DNA of 64,000 nucleotides from an uncultured bacterium. GTDB taxonomy: Bacteria; Verrucomicrobiota; Verrucomicrobiia; CAIQCK01. Of this stretch, positions 36,761-49,900 are shown in pieces (within the stretch, counting starts at the first letter, position 1; each line of letters begins with the position of its first letter). The notes under the pieces are model-generated. The model made no database searches, was not told the DNA's origin, and was given only the letters and a program-made list of their open reading frames with translations. The position numbers and the translations under genes are program-made. The stretch spans positions 3,819-67,818 of the forward strand of contig CAIQCK010000103.1 in assembly GCA_903870275.1 (NCBI GenBank), written 5' to 3'.

Positions 36761-39700
36761 GGTCGTCCCTTTCTTACCGGCAGTGAGAAACAAAACATCG
36801 CGCCCTCGTTGAGAGTTGCCTCCGCCCGGACGCGGCCGCCGTGGCGGTGGATCACGCGCTGGACAATGGCCAGCCCGACACCCGTGCCCTCGAACTCAGC
36901 GTCGCCGTGCAACCGCTGGAACACGCCGAAGAGTTTGCCCACATATTTCATGTCGAAGCCGACGCCGTTGTCCTTCACGTAGTAGAGATGCTCCGAGCCT
37001 TCCGCACGGCCTCCGATCTCAATGATCGCCGTCTCCTTTGGACGGGTGTATTTGATGGCGTTGGAAATGAGGTTTACCCACACCTGGCGGAGCATAGCCC
37101 AGTCGCCCTCCGCCGGCGGCAGCGGATGAAGTTGGAACTGGATCTGCCGGCCCGTCGCCCGGGCCGCGCACTCGTCAAAGACCGCCTGAGCCAACCCGCC
37201 CATGTCAATCTCCACCGCATCCAAGGACTGGCGCCCCACCCGCGAAAACGCCAGCAGATCGTCAATCAACTGGCCCATGCGCTTGGTTTCGTCGCAGATG
37301 ATGTCCACGGTCCGCCGGCCTTCCTCGCCGAGTTGCTTGACATGGTCTTCCACCAGGATGTTCGCGAAGCCGTTGATGGCCCGCAGCGGCGCGCGCAAGT
37401 CGTGCGACACCGAGTAGGAAAACGCCTCGAGTTCCTTGTTGGCCGCCTCCAGTTGGGCAGTGCGCTGGATAACGCGCGTCTCCAGTTCGGCGTTGAGGGT
37501 GTTGATTTCCTCCTCCGTCCGCTTGCGCTCGGTGATGTCGCGACCCACAACCACCGATCCGACAATCGTACCGTCTTTGTCGCGAATAGGGGCGAAACTG
37601 TAGCTGCCCACCCACGTTTCGCCCGTGTCTTTGCGTCGCAGCACATGCTCCACATTGGTGGCCGTTTCGCCCCGGAGCGCTCTTGGAACCGCCCACTGAT
37701 CCGACGGCACCGGTTCGCCATTGGTCATGAATACGTCCAGAATCGCGTTGTAATCAGCCAGGATTCGACTGCATTGATCCTTGCTCTTGAACTTATGGAA
37801 CGTCGCGAAGGCGTCGTTGAACTCGATAAACCGCCCCTTGGAATCGGAAATAAACACGGCATCGGTCATGCTGGACATAGCTGCCTGCATTTTCGCCCGG
37901 CTCGCCAGCATCAGTTCCTCGGCCTGTTTGCGCGCGCTGATGTCACGCACAATGACTTGCGCGCCGGGCTTTCCCTCAAAGGTGAACGGCATGGCCCCCG
38001 CCTCCACGTCCACCACGCTGCCATCCAGTCGCAGAAACTGCTCTTCGATGATGGGAAGCGGCTCCGGGTTTCTTTCCATGGCCGCCATGCGCTCCAGAAC
38101 CTCCTGCCGGAACCTTGGGTGGATGAAATCCAAAATGAACTTGCCAAGCAGTTGTTCCGGCCGATCCGCGCCGAAAAGTTTCAGGCCGGCCGGATTGATG
38201 TAAACAAACTTCCGGTCCGAGGAGATGAAAATGGTGTCCGGAGACGACTCCACCAGCCGGCGGTAACGCTCCTCGCTTTCCCGCAGACTCTGTTGGCTCA
38301 GCCGATAGGCGATGGCTACCGCCAGATTGTCGGCCAGCCGCTCCAGCAACGCGACGCGTTCCGGCGTGAAACGCCCTTTGCGCTTGTCGTTGATTTGCAA
38401 CAGTCCGCAGGTGGTCTGGCTCGTGCGCAACGCCACGAGGGCTACCGATTCATAGCCTTCGCCATTGCAACGATTGCGCGTGCGGCCCTGGCGGTCGGCT
38501 TCCGTGGTGCCGGCCAGGAGTTCGGTGGTGGAATTGGTCCAAAAACTGCCGCGCGCGGTGAAGAACGGCTTCGTGCGGTTGAACCGTCCGCAGATCACGT
38601 TGCCGCACATGCAATCCAACACGGGATGGCCGTCGCTGTCCTGCAACGGCCGGCCCTCCGCGTCGTGCAGGCACAGTTTGTCTTCCGCGCGGACAAATTC
38701 CGCCGGAAACCCGCGTGTCTCAAAATACGGATAGTCGCCGTCCTCGCGCAGCCGGATGCCCACGGCATCGCAGTCGAGCCACTCCTTCAGCAACAGCGTC
38801 GAGTCCCGCAACAACTCGCGCAGGTTGCTGGCGGCGTTGAACACCCTGAGCAAATGCACCGTGATCTCGCGATCTCCTTCCAATCGCTTGCGTTCTGTGA
38901 TCACGTCGAACACGGCCACGAAGTGTTCCTTGGCGGGGCTATACACCGCGATTTCGAACCAGTCCTGCAGGCCCTCCACATAAACCTCGAACCGCTCCGG
39001 CACGCCGGTCGCCGCCACACGACCGTAGGTTTCAAGCAACTTTGGGTCGGCCTCGCGAATGCCGGGGATGATTTCGGTGATTTTCCGTCCGACGACATTC
39101 TTCAAGCCGGTTAGTTTTTCAAAAGCGTCGTTGACAGCCAGATAGACGAAGTCCTGCGGCCGGCCTTCCTCGTAAATCATCCGGCAATAGGCGAAACCGT
39201 TGAGCATGTTCTCGAACAAGAAGCGGTATTTCTCCGCGCTTTGCCGCGCCAGCTCCTGCGCCTCCTTGCGCTGGGTGATATCGCGGATGATGGCCAGCCC
39301 GCAGCGGACGCCGCCGACCTCCACAAACCGGTCGCTGCTCTCCACCGGGAACGTCGTGCCGTCCTTGCGCCGGTGGACGGTTTCAAACATGGCGGTGCTG
39401 TCGCGTTCCAGCCGCCAGACTTGTTGCGCGGCATCCTCGTGAGCCTCTGGCGCGCGCAAGTCAGTTAGCCGCATCCGCAGCAGTTCGGCCCGCGAATAAC
39501 CGTAGCTCTCCACGGCACGGTCGTTGGCTTCGAGGATCTTCCACTCCTTGTCGGTCAGCAGGATGATGTCGTTGGCGTTTTTCATCAGGTGCTCGATGCG
39601 CTGGGCCATCGCCACCCGCTCCTGCTCGACCCACAACTGGCGTCGCAACAAATTCACATCGTGCCGCCGCCAGAGCATCGCCACGCTGAGGCAGACGACG

Positions 39701-41385
39701 ACGGCCAGCAATCCCATCCCGCCCCAAACGGTTTGGGCCTGCCGCCGCAACTCGGCATAAATTTCGTCCCGATCCACCTTCGCGATCATGAACCAAGGCG
39801 TATCGGGAACGGCGCGGATGACGGCCAGCACCGGCACGCCGCGATAGTCCGCGCCCTCCACGCGGCCGGTCTCGCCCCGCGCCGCCATCGCCGCCGGCAA
39901 ATCTTTCTTGCCGATGGGCATTCGCAACGCGAGGGCAGTGTTTGTGCGATGGCGCAGTTCGCTCAGAAACAGCACGTCCCCGCCTTCGCGCCGCACCAGC
40001 AGCGTCTCTCCCGTCCGACTCGGCGTCGGCCACTCTCGCAACAGCGGATAGAGAAACCGCTCCGGGTCCACCTCCATGTCAATAGCGCCGATGGCTGGGC
40101 CGCCGTTCGCCGCGAGAATTGGCACCGCGAGGTCGAGATGGATATCTCCGTTGAACCGGCTGCGGTGCAGGTCGGACATGACAACCTCGCTCGAGCGCAT
40201 GGCTTGCTGCGCGTAGCTCACGCCGATGGGGCCAACACCGGTTCTCTCCGAGGGAGAAACCAGAAGCACCCGGCCCGTCGCGTCCGTCAGCGCCACGCAC
40301 AAAGCCTGGTTGTGTTCCCTCAAGGCGTCGAGCCATTGCGTCAGCCGTTCGGGCGAGATGCTGTTGGTCGAATCCTTGAGAAAGTGATTCATCGCCTCGA
40401 TCATGAAGGGATTCAGCAGCCAGGAGCGGGCGTCGCCGAGGCGTTCGGCGCGCCAGTCCACGATCTGCCGCACCTTCAAGTCCGCAATGGCGGTCACGTC
40501 GCCCATCGCGCTCTTGCGCGCCAGGGTGTCCAGATGATTGAGGAAGAAGAAACCGGCGGCCGCTGTCGCCGCGACAACAGACATCAATGCCGCTAGCAGC
40601 GTCAGGCCGAAACTCCGCCGTGACGGCAACGCTGACGCGGCCTGGCCGAACACCATTTGCAACGGCCATCGGTCCAGGCCCGCGGCAAACAAGAGGCCCG
40701 CGCCCAGCAACGTCAACGCAACGGCCGAGGCCGGCGCCATGGGAATCCAGTCGCTTTCGTGAAGGATGGACACGCCCATCGCGTAGCCGAGAATCGCCGA
40801 AAGGCCCAGCAACGTCACCATCAACGCGAATCCGGCGGCCAGTTGTCGAAGCTCCCGCCACCGGCCTATCGGCGGCAGTTGCGTCAGCAACGCCAGCGCC
40901 GCCACCAACAATCCCCCCGCGCTCATCACGGATATCCGACCCACCGGCACGCCGCCGACCTTGGCATGAACGTCCGCCAGCCAGCGTTCGAGGCTGGGGA
41001 TGGCGCCGCTCTCTTTCGTCAACGCCAGCAGACAGAACGCGACCACAGCCAACGCCGCCAGATAAGCCGCTGCTATCGGAACCCAACGCGACGGCCAGCG
41101 GTGGCGCAGGAACAACGCGCCGCTGAGCAGGACTGTCAAGCACGCCGTCAACGGCGCCATCGGCACATGCTCGTCGCCGAATGCGCCCCACTGCCAGCGG
41201 CCACTCCACCATGAGACCATCGCCAGCGCCGCGATGCCCGCCGCGCCAAACGCGCCCCACGCCACCGCGCGGCGCTGAATGATCTGCTGTTTGGAATCCG
41301 CGTTCACGCTCGTTGGCCGTAGTAGCAGTTCGTGGGCATCCCTGGACCGCGAGCGGTCTTCCACCAGGATATCATGGCAGTCCAC
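36757..41385 (-). CDS. giant membrane sensor histidine kinase (multi-TM N-terminus, periplasmic sensor, multiple PAS/GAF, HisKA, HATPase)
   Basis: 1542 aa. About 10 TM segments in the first about 330 aa. Repeated PAS-like modules, H-box [20 protein letters not shown], HATPase G-boxes (DNGVGFD...GTGVGLAIV). Confidence 0.85.
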   Translation of the reverse strand: MDCHDILVEDRSRSRDAHELLLRPTSVNADSKQQIIQRRAVAWGAFGAAGIAALAMVSWWSGRWQWGAFGDEHVPMAPLTACLTVLLSGALFLRHRWPSRWVPIAAAYLAALAVVAFCLLALTKESGAIPSLERWLADVHAKVGGVPVGRISVMSAGGLLVAALALLTQLPPIGRWRELRQLAAGFALMVTLLGLSAILGYAMGVSILHESDWIPMAPASAVALTLLGAGLLFAAGLDRWPLQMVFGQAASALPSRRSFGLTLLAALMSVVAATAAAGFFFLNHLDTLARKSAMGDVTAIADLKVRQIVDWRAERLGDARSWLLNPFMIEAMNHFLKDSTNSISPERLTQWLDALREHNQALCVALTDATGRVLLVSPSERTGVGPIGVSYAQQAMRSSEVVMSDLHRSRFNGDIHLDLAVPILAANGGPAIGAIDMEVDPERFLYPLLREWPTPSRTGETLLVRREGGDVLFLSELRHRTNTALALRMPIGKKDLPAAMAARGETGRVEGADYRGVPVLAVIRAVPDTPWFMIAKVDRDEIYAELRRQAQTVWGGMGLLAVVVCLSVAMLWRRHDVNLLRRQLWVEQERVAMAQRIEHLMKNANDIILLTDKEWKILEANDRAVESYGYSRAELLRMRLTDLRAPEAHEDAAQQVWRLERDSTAMFETVHRRKDGTTFPVESSDRFVEVGGVRCGLAIIRDITQRKEAQELARQSAEKYRFLFENMLNGFAYCRMIYEEGRPQDFVYLAVNDAFEKLTGLKNVVGRKITEIIPGIREADPKLLETYGRVAATGVPERFEVYVEGLQDWFEIAVYSPAKEHFVAVFDVITERKRLEGDREITVHLLRVFNAASNLRELLRDSTLLLKEWLDCDAVGIRLREDGDYPYFETRGFPAEFVRAEDKLCLHDAEGRPLQDSDGHPVLDCMCGNVICGRFNRTKPFFTARGSFWTNSTTELLAGTTEADRQGRTRNRCNGEGYESVALVALRTSQTTCGLLQINDKRKGRFTPERVALLERLADNLAVAIAYRLSQQSLRESEERYRRLVESSPDTIFISSDRKFVYINPAGLKLFGADRPEQLLGKFILDFIHPRFRQEVLERMAAMERNPEPLPIIEEQFLRLDGSVVDVEAGAMPFTFEGKPGAQVIVRDISARKQAEELMLASRAKMQAAMSSMTDAVFISDSKGRFIEFNDAFATFHKFKSKDQCSRILADYNAILDVFMTNGEPVPSDQWAVPRALRGETATNVEHVLRRKDTGETWVGSYSFAPIRDKDGTIVGSVVVGRDITERKRTEEEINTLNAELETRVIQRTAQLEAANKELEAFSYSVSHDLRAPLRAINGFANILVEDHVKQLGEEGRRTVDIICDETKRMGQLIDDLLAFSRVGRQSLDAVEIDMGGLAQAVFDECAARATGRQIQFQLHPLPPAEGDWAMLRQVWVNLISNAIKYTRPKETAIIEIGGRAEGSEHLYYVKDNGVGFDMKYVGKLFGVFQRLHGDAEFEGTGVGLAIVQRVIHRHGGRVRAEATLNEGAMFCFSLPVRKGRP

Positions 41386-41706
41386 GCAATGTGCGCGATC
41401 CTCCCTGAACTGCTGGCGATTCTCCCCGAACGCCTCAGGACACAGCTTGGCCCCCGCCCGCTGATTTCATCCTCCCTCATCGTTGGATTGATAACACAAT
41501 CCACGAAGGAAAAACTAGTTATGGCTCGCCTTGACTTCATTGCCACCCACCAACGCACAACTTTGCCGTTGTGCATGCCCATTCAAAACGACAGCTACGA
41601 ATGTCACCTCGGTTCAGCATGACCTTCCGTGCGCAGGCTAATACTCTTAACACCCTTCTCCTGACAGCGCTAGTCAGGAACCCGCCGACAGGGTGTAGGA
41701 ATTATC

Positions 41707-42381
41707 CTACACGGCGGCACTGGGCGGGGTCTGCCCGGTCAACTGGTGACGGATGGCATAGTGGATCAGGTCTGTTGTTGTTCGTAGATCCATCTTCTTC
41801 AACAACCGCGCACGGTAGGTGCTGACCGTCTTCTCACTCAAGCCCAGTTCCGCCGCGATGGTTTTGCCGGAACCGCCGGCCACGATGCGGTGCAACACTT
41901 CGAATTCGCGGTTGGAGAGATTCTCGTGGGGCAACAGCGTGCGCGCGCCCAAACTGCTCGCCAGCCGTTCGGCGAACGAGGAACTGACGTAGGTGCCACC
42001 GGCCAGAATCCTCCGCACCGCGTCGGCAAGTTCCTCCGGCGCGCGCTCCTTGGTCAAATACCCCGCCGCGTGAAACTTCAACGAGCGCATGGCGAATTGG
42101 TCTTCGGGGTGCACGCTGAAAACCAACACCGGCAACTCCGGGCGTCTTTGTTTGACCTCGCGCAGCACGCTCAAGCCGTCACGATCCGGCAGCGAGATAT
42201 CCAGAATCAGCAAGTCCCACCGTTCCCTGCCGAGTTGCCGCAGCGTCCCGGCGGCGTCCGCCGCCTCGCCAAAGACCGCGCCCCGAAACTCTTCCTTCAG
42301 AATCTGTTTGATGCCAAGCCGCGTGGTGGCGTGGTCGTCGGTAATCAGGATGCGGAGCGGTTTGCGGGCAGGTTTTTTCAT
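41707..42381 (-). CDS. NarL/FixJ-family response regulator (REC + LuxR-type HTH)
   Basis: RILITDDH...LLILDISLPDRDG...SVHPE, and C-terminal LSNREFEVLHRIVAGGSGKTIAAELGLSEKTVSTYRARLLKKM. Start ATG 42379-42381 overlaps the kinase stop (ATGA). Confidence 0.9.
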   Translation of the reverse strand: MKKPARKPLRILITDDHATTRLGIKQILKEEFRGAVFGEAADAAGTLRQLGRERWDLLILDISLPDRDGLSVLREVKQRRPELPVLVFSVHPEDQFAMRSLKFHAAGYLTKERAPEELADAVRRILAGGTYVSSSFAERLASSLGARTLLPHENLSNREFEVLHRIVAGGSGKTIAAELGLSEKTVSTYRARLLKKMDLRTTTDLIHYAIRHQLTGQTPPSAAV

Positions 42382-43649
42382 GAATGCTTCAAGGGAATCG
42401 CAACCCGGACGGTGGTGCCTTCGCCGGGCGCGCCGTGAATGATCACCTCGCCCCCAAACTCGCGCGCCCGCTCCCGCATGCCCAGCAGGCCCACGGCGCC
42501 GGCGTCGGCCATCTCCCGTGACGAGATGCCGCGGCCGTTGTCCGACACTTCCATCACCGCCCGACCGGCTACGGCCCGCAGCCGCGTGCGAACGCGCGTA
42601 GCTCCCGCATGGCGCGCGACGTTTGCCAGAATCTCCTGGAAGATGCGGAACATCGCCGTGGACCGGCCCGTGTCGAGCACCATTCCCTCCGCCGGCAAGT
42701 CCAACTCGCACTCGATGCCGCTACGCTCTTCAAACTGTTTCGCCCCCCACTCCATCGCCGCCACAAAACCCGACGTGTCCAGCACGGCGGGCCGCAACTC
42801 GGTGGAAATCCGCCGCGCCGTGTTGAGATCGCTTTCGACGCGCTTCATCATCGTTGCAATCCGCCGGCGCACGCCGGACTGGCCCGATTGCTTTTTCTCA
42901 TCCAACCGCCGGTCCAGCCATGCAAGGTCGAGTTTCAAATCCGTAAATGCATGGCCCATTTCGTCGTGAATTTCGCGGGCGATCCGGGCGCGCTCTTCCT
43001 CGCGAACGCTTCGCAGCCGGGCCGCCAGCGTCCGCAACTGTTCCCGCGAGGTCAGCAACCGTTGTTCGACCTGTTTGCGCTCGGTGATGTCGCGAATCGC
43101 GGCGACATGAATGCCGCGCCCCCGGCTTGTGAAATAGCTGCCCGCGATTTCCACCGGGAACACCGTGCCGTCCTTCTTGCGGTGCCAGCGGAGCGGAACA
43201 CTGGTTTCGCGCGCGGCGATGGCTTGCCCGGTTTTTTCCGGTTCCGCGGACATATCGGTCGGTTTCAACTTCAGAAATTCCTCACGACTGTAGCCGTAGA
43301 GCCGGGTCGCGGCGGCGTTGGCGTCCAAAACACGGCCCGTCTCGCCGTCAATCATGAGAATCGCATCGGACTCGATTTCGAACAGCCGGCGATGCCACTC
43401 TTCGGACTCGGCCAGTGCCTCGCCGTCCGGCTTGCGCCCGGCGATTTCGCGCTCGTCCGCCACCCATTTCTCCCGCTGCCGGCCCAATTCCACCGCCACC
43501 GCGTCCAATTCTCTCATCGCCTCGATCAAGTGCCGCTGCGTCGCGGTCTCTGCCGGTTGTTCATCCGGCGCGGCGTCCCACCTTTCCCGTAAAGCCGCCA
43601 GATGCCGCCGGGCTGCCTCGATGCGTTGGTTGATCAGTTTGTCACTCAC
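42378..43649 (-). CDS. PAS-containing sensor histidine kinase (NarX/LiaS-type; HisKA_3 + HATPase)
   Basis: PAS (ILMIDGETGRVLDANAAATRLYGYSREEF), HisKA_3 H-box EEERARIAREIHDEMGH, HATPase (SDNGRGI...GLLGMRERA...GEGTTVRVAIP). Confidence 0.85.
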   Translation of the reverse strand: MSDKLINQRIEAARRHLAALRERWDAAPDEQPAETATQRHLIEAMRELDAVAVELGRQREKWVADEREIAGRKPDGEALAESEEWHRRLFEIESDAILMIDGETGRVLDANAAATRLYGYSREEFLKLKPTDMSAEPEKTGQAIAARETSVPLRWHRKKDGTVFPVEIAGSYFTSRGRGIHVAAIRDITERKQVEQRLLTSREQLRTLAARLRSVREEERARIAREIHDEMGHAFTDLKLDLAWLDRRLDEKKQSGQSGVRRRIATMMKRVESDLNTARRISTELRPAVLDTSGFVAAMEWGAKQFEERSGIECELDLPAEGMVLDTGRSTAMFRIFQEILANVARHAGATRVRTRLRAVAGRAVMEVSDNGRGISSREMADAGAVGLLGMRERAREFGGEVIIHGAPGEGTTVRVAIPLKHS

Positions 43650-43958
43650 ATGTTCAGTTTTGTCAGACGCAGGCCGTCGCCTGCTATCGCCGTTTATACT
43701 GTGGCCGATAATTTGCTCCTTTTTCCAGTGTCAAATGCCCATGACCCTAAAAACTTTCCCCGGTATTTCCCGTTGTCAGCCTGTTGAAACGGCGTAGTCT
43801 GTCCGCCGGCATCGGACGGCGCAATTGGCGAGAGGAGCTTTTCTTCGTTTGAGCCGTCTAATGCCGTGGTGACCCACATGAACTTCAGACCTGGAAACCG
43901 AAGTTGCGCGGGCAAGGATGCCGGTGCCACGGTCAACTTCAGTTTTCGGGTCAAACCC

Positions 43959-46900
43959 ATGACGCCCATGAACATATACACTCAATTCCTTGCCGCGCTC
44001 GCGGCGATAACCCTCCTCTCTCCAACCGGCGTCGCACTCGCCGACAACGAAATCGGCTTCATCGAACGCTTCGCCCTCGCGCCCGACCGCGAAAAGGCGC
44101 TCAGCGAACTCGTGCCCGGCAGCGAGGATTTTTATTACTACCACGCGCTCCATGTCCAGAACGCGCGCGACACCGTCAAACTTGCCGACACGTTGACGCA
44201 GTGGAAAAAGCGGTTCCCCAACTCCGAGCGGCGGTGCGTGATCGAGAACCGCGAGGCGCTCATCGGCTACGAAACCAATCCGCAAACAACGCTGGCGTAT
44301 CTGCGCGAAAAGCTGAGCCTGCATTTCAACCACGTGCAGGAGGCCCGCGACAAAAAACCCGATCTGCCCTCCTCGCTCGACCCGAAACGCATCGCCCGCG
44401 GGGTCTTCGAGAAAGATTCGCTCACCCACGACGGCGGCATGCAAAGCTTCTCCCAAACCGCGCTGGAGGATCTGGTAAAACGCCAAGCGCCGCTCGATGA
44501 ACAGCGCCGCCGCGCTCTGCTGGCGAAGATTCACCGTCCCGATGTGTCACATCTGGTCGAGGTGATCGTCGCCGATTTGAAATGCAAGGAGTCGCGCGGC
44601 TTCGGCGAGTTTGCGATTCACCGCGCATTGTTACCCGACCAACTCGACGCGCTTGTCCGGGCACTGCCGGCGCTGGCGGTGAACGAGGCGTTCGTGTTAA
44701 CGCGACTACGCAAGCTCGCGCCGTCCGCCGATGCCGACATCGAGTTCGGCACCGCCGAGCGCGAGGCGTGGCTGGAGCGCGTGTGGAACTACACGAAGAC
44801 GCTGCCGCCGGCCTTCAACGCGCTGAAAGCTTGCGTGCTTTATCAGCGGCTCGACCACGACCGCAAAAAGAGCGTCTATAACCACGAGCGGTTTCTCGAA
44901 TACGTCAAGCTGCCGCGCAGTTTCTTCTACGTGAACCCGCTCTGGCTCCGGAGCCGGACGCAACTTGGCGAGCCGGTCGCCGATCTCAACATTAGCTTTG
45001 CTGACCCGCTGCCCGGCGTGCGGCCCGTCGGCATGGACGAACCGCTGGTGCGCGATTATTTCGTGCATCTCTTTGCCGCCAACGGCAAGGCCGACAGCGA
45101 TGCCCATGCGCTGCTGTCGCCGTGGACCGATTACATTCGCGAGTCGTGGCTCAAACCGATCCTCGCCGAGGCGATGATCCTCCACGGCATCGGCGACCCG
45201 GAACGCTGGGCGTCGCTGCTCGCGCCCTCGGAATTTCAGCGGTTGAAGGAACGCGTGGACATCGAGTTTCCGCCGACCAACACCCCGTTCACCACGCCCG
45301 GCGCCGACGTGGCGATGGATGTGATCCTCAAAAACACGCCGAAGCTGCTCGTCCGAATATACGAAGTCAACGCCCTGAACTTTTTCCTCGTGCAACACCG
45401 CCAGCTCAACACCGACCTCAACCTCGACGGCCTCGTCGCCAACAGCGAACGCACGCAGACGTTCGACGCCGGCCCATTCAAGCGCGTGCGGCAGACCTTC
45501 AAGTTTCCCGAACTCCGGGGCCGGCGCGGCGCGTGGATCGTGGAGTTCATCGGCGGCGGGCGCAGCAGCCGGGCGCTGGTGCGCGTCGGCCAGTGGCAGT
45601 TACTCCAGCAAACCGGCCCCGGCGGCGATCTGCTGACCGTGCTCGACGAACAAGGCGAGCCGGTGAAGGACGCCGTCGCGTGGCTCGACGGACGGAAGTT
45701 CACGCGCGACGAAAAGCTCGGCCGCATCAACGTCCCGTTCACCCAACAGCCCGGCCGCGCCAACATCGTCATCTCGGACACGGCCGGCACGTTCGCGACG
45801 CTGACGCAGTTCGAGCATCACGCCGAGGACTACCGGCTCGACGCGCAATTTCACGTTGAGCGCGAACAACTACTGGCCCGGCGCGAAGCGACTCTCGCGG
45901 TGCGCACAACGCTCATGCTCGGCGAATCACACCTCGACCCGGCGATCCTCCGCGAGCCGAAGCTCGCCATCACCACGACCACGCTCGACGGCATCTCCAC
46001 AACGCGCGAGGTCCAGGACGTGAAACTGACCGCCGCGCACGAGTTAACGCATACGCTGACGGTGCCTGAGCGGCTGGCGCAACTCCAAGTGACACTCAGC
46101 GGCAAGGTGGACGTGCTCAGCGAGGGCGGCGCCAAGCGCGACTTGAGCGCGTCGCACACGTGGAACATCAACGGCATGGACAAGACCGACGCGATTAGCG
46201 ACGGGCATTTGTCAAAGTTCGGCGGCGATTACGTCTTCGAGTTGCTCGGCAAGAACGGCGAACCGCTCGCCGACCAGCAGGTAGTGTTTGCGTTCACGCA
46301 TCGTGATTTCAGCCGGCCGCAGCACATCGCGCTCAAGACCAATGAGCGCGGTCGCATCGCGCTCGGCCCGCTCACTGGTTTGCGCAGCGCGCGCGCCAAG
46401 TGTCCGAACAATCGCGAGAGCACGTGGGCGCTCGCGGACTTCGAGCGGACGTGGCCCGGCGTGATTCACGCCCGCGCCGGCGAGGCTATCCGGGTTCCGA
46501 TGCCGCTGCACTCGCGAGAGTTCTCGCTGCTCGAAACCCGCGCCGGAACCTTTGTCGCCGACTGCACCGCGCAGATGAAACCCGATGGCGAATTCCTGGT
46601 CATCCCGGCACTGGCCGCCGGCGATTACTCGTTGCGCTTCCGCAACGACAATCGCGAACTCACGGTCAAAATCACCGACGGCAAACCCAGCGCCGGGTGG
46701 TTCCTCGGCAAAAACCGACAACTTCAGGCGAAGAACACCGCGCCGCTCCATATCACCGGCGTGAGCGTGGAAAAAGATGTCATCGAAATCAAACTGGCGA
46801 ACGCCTCGCCGTTCGCGCGCGTCCATGTCGCCGCGTCGCGGTTCGAGCCAGGGCGCGGATTGTTTGGGGGACTAGCCGGCTTTGCGCGATTTGGCGCGGC

Positions 46901-49900
46901 TGAGAGTGCGCCCGCGAAGCAGCCAAACCTTTACGCCGGCGGCCGCGAGATTGGCGACGAGTATCGCTACATCCTCGAACGCCGCAACGGCCGCGTGTTT
47001 CCGGGTAACATGCTCACGCGCCCCGGCCTGTTGCTCAATCCGTGGGAGACGCGAGACACCGGTCTCGCGGAACTCGAACAAAGGGCCGGCGAAATGGCCG
47101 GGGCCACAGCGGGTAATCGCGCCATGTCAAGATACGGCGGCGGCATGGTCGGCACTCCCAACGTGATGGCCGCAGCCGGCGCAGTTGCGGACAGCGATCT
47201 CGATTTCCTCGCTGCGAGCGAGCCGGTGATTTTCAATCTGTTGCCGGACAAGAACGGCGTTGTGCGCGTCGCGCGCGAGGCGCTCGCCGACCGCCAACAC
47301 GTGCAGGTCTATGCGGAGGATCTCGACGACGCCGTCTGGCGCTCGTTTGCGCTGCCGGAGGCGGGGACCAAGTTCACGGACTTGCGGCTCGCGCACAATC
47401 TCGACCCGGCCAAACCGTTCGCGCAGAAAAAGGAAATTGCCGTGCTCAAGCCGGGCGGGGCATTTGCGCTGACCGACACGCTCACCGGCGAACTCGAAAC
47501 CTATGACACGCTCGGCAGCGTGTACGCGCTTTTCACGACGCTCAGCGGCGACGGCAATCTCGCAAAATTCGCCTGGCTGTTGCAATGGCCAAAGCTCGGC
47601 GACGAAGAACGGCACGCGAAATACGGCGAGTTCGCCTGCCACGAGTTGAACTTTTTCCTGTGGCGCAAAGACGCGGCGTTTTTCGAGAAGACGGTGCGGC
47701 CGTATCTGGCCAACAAGAAGGACAAGACGTTCATGGATGACTTCCTGCTCGGTAACGATCTGGCGCGCTATCTCGAACCGTGGGCCTACGCGCGGCTCAA
47801 CGTCGTCGAGCGCGCGTTGCTGGCCCAGCGCGCGAAAGGCGAAGCCGCCAATGCCGCGCGGCATCTGCGCGAGTTGTGGGAGATGGTGCCGCCCAATCCC
47901 GACGAGCAAGACCGCTTGTTCGAGACCGCGTTGCGCGGCCGGGCGCTGGAATCCTTGATCAAACTCGGGGCGGGGACTTTGATCCTCAATGGTTCCAACT
48001 CCTACGCAGGCGGCGTCGTCATCAATGCCGGCAACCTGTCAGTGACGGTGGCAGGAGGAGGTGCACTCGCAACCGCGCCTCTTCCGCCACCCGGCGCCGC
48101 CGCGCCGGCCACTCCCGCTCTCGTTGTGACGAAAGATGCGCGTCACCTCTCTTTTCGTGCCGATCAATTGGAGACGCTGGCGGAGAAGGCCCCAGCAAAA
48201 CAATCGCCCAAAAACCTCAGGGTACCGATGGAAGTTCGGGCTATGGCAGAACAACGCCACGCCATCTTCAAAAAAGCCGGTCTTGCCATGGATGGGGAAG
48301 AAGGTGTTTTGAGAGACAAAAGCGAATCCGGTCGTTGGGGCTACTTCGGCGCAGACGCCACCAAGCACGCCCGCGGCGAGGGGCGCGCCTATTACCGCCA
48401 GCTCGGCGCGACCAAGGAATGGGCGGAGAATAATTACTACAACCTCCGCATCGCGCAGCAAAATGACAGTCTCGTCGGCATCAACGCCTTCTGGCGCGAC
48501 TACGCCCAGTGGGTTGCCGACGGCGCGAAAGCCCCGTTCGTCTCCGCCAACGTCGCGGAAGCGCACAATGACTTCGCCGAGATGATGCTCGCGCTGGCCG
48601 TGCTCGATCTGCCGTTCGAGGCGCCGAAGCACGCCTCCCAAGTCACGAATCACGAATTACGATTCACAGCCGCCAGCCCGGTCATCATCTACCACAAGGA
48701 AATCAAACCGACCGCGCCCGCCGCCGCGCCGCAGGCGGAACTGCTGGTCTCGCAAAGTTTCTTCCGCCAGGGCGACCGTTACCGGCAGGAAGGCAACGAG
48801 AAGTTCGAGAAATACGTGACGGAGGAATTTCTCGCCGGCGCCGTCTATGGCGCCAACATCGTCGTCACCAACCCGACCAGCGCACCGGTGAAGGCCGAGG
48901 TGCTCCTGCAAATCCCGCAGGGCGCGTTGCCGGCGCTCGGCAGCAAGAACACCGATTCGCGCCGGCTGCGGTTGGAGCCTTACACGACCCAGACCTTCGA
49001 GTATTGTTTTTACTTCCCCGCCACGCCGGCCAAGCCCAATGAAACATTCGCCCACTACCCCGTCAACATCGCCGTCGCCGGCCACTGTGCGGCGGCGGCC
49101 CGGCCGTTTGCGTTCAACGTCGTCGTCAAGCTCTCGCAGATGGACAGGGCATCGTGGGATTATCTCTCGCAATACGGCAGCGAGGCGGAGGTCTTCGCGT
49201 TCCTCAACCAGAACAACGTCGAGCGGCTCGACTTCGAGCGCGTGGCGTGGCGCTGCCGGCAGAGCGTGGATTTCTTCCGGAAACTGACGGGGTTCATGCA
49301 GGTCCACCACGTCTGGAACGAAACGGTTTACAGTTACGCGGTCGTTCACAATGACACGCCGGCGTTGCGCGAGTGGCTGCGGCACAAGGACGAGTTCCTG
49401 GCGAACTGCGGCCCGTTCCTCGCCTGCAAACTGGTCGTGCTCGATCCGATCGAGCGGCGCGCTTACGAGCATCTGGAATACTCGCCGCTGGTCAACCAGC
49501 GCGCGCACCGGCTCGGCAACGAGTGGCGCATCGCCAATCCCGCCGTGCGCGACCAATACCTGCGGCTGCTCGACATCCTCGCGCACAAGTCCGCGCTCGA
49601 TGCGATGGACAGCATGAGCGTGACTTATTATTTGTTCCTGCAAGACCGTGTCGAGGAGGCGCTGGCGCGATTCAAGACGATTGACCCGAAACAACTGCCG
49701 GCGCGCGTGCAGCACGATTACTTCCGCTGCTATGCCGGTTTCTACGAAAGCAACCTGGCCGACGCGCGCGCCATCGCGACCGGCTACCGCGACTTCGCCG
49801 TGCCGCGCTGGCAGAAACTTTTCGCCGAGGTCGCCCGGCAGCTCGATGAGATCGAGGACAAAGCCGTCGTCGCGTCGAAGAAATCCGCCGATGACAAACC

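Noticed and set aside
41690-41712. 8-bp inverted repeat GTGTAGGA-atta-TCCTACAC overlapping the stop codon of the LuxR-type regulator
   Set aside because: Could be a weak terminator for the minus-strand operon but is not followed by a U-tract on the transcribed strand. Not called.
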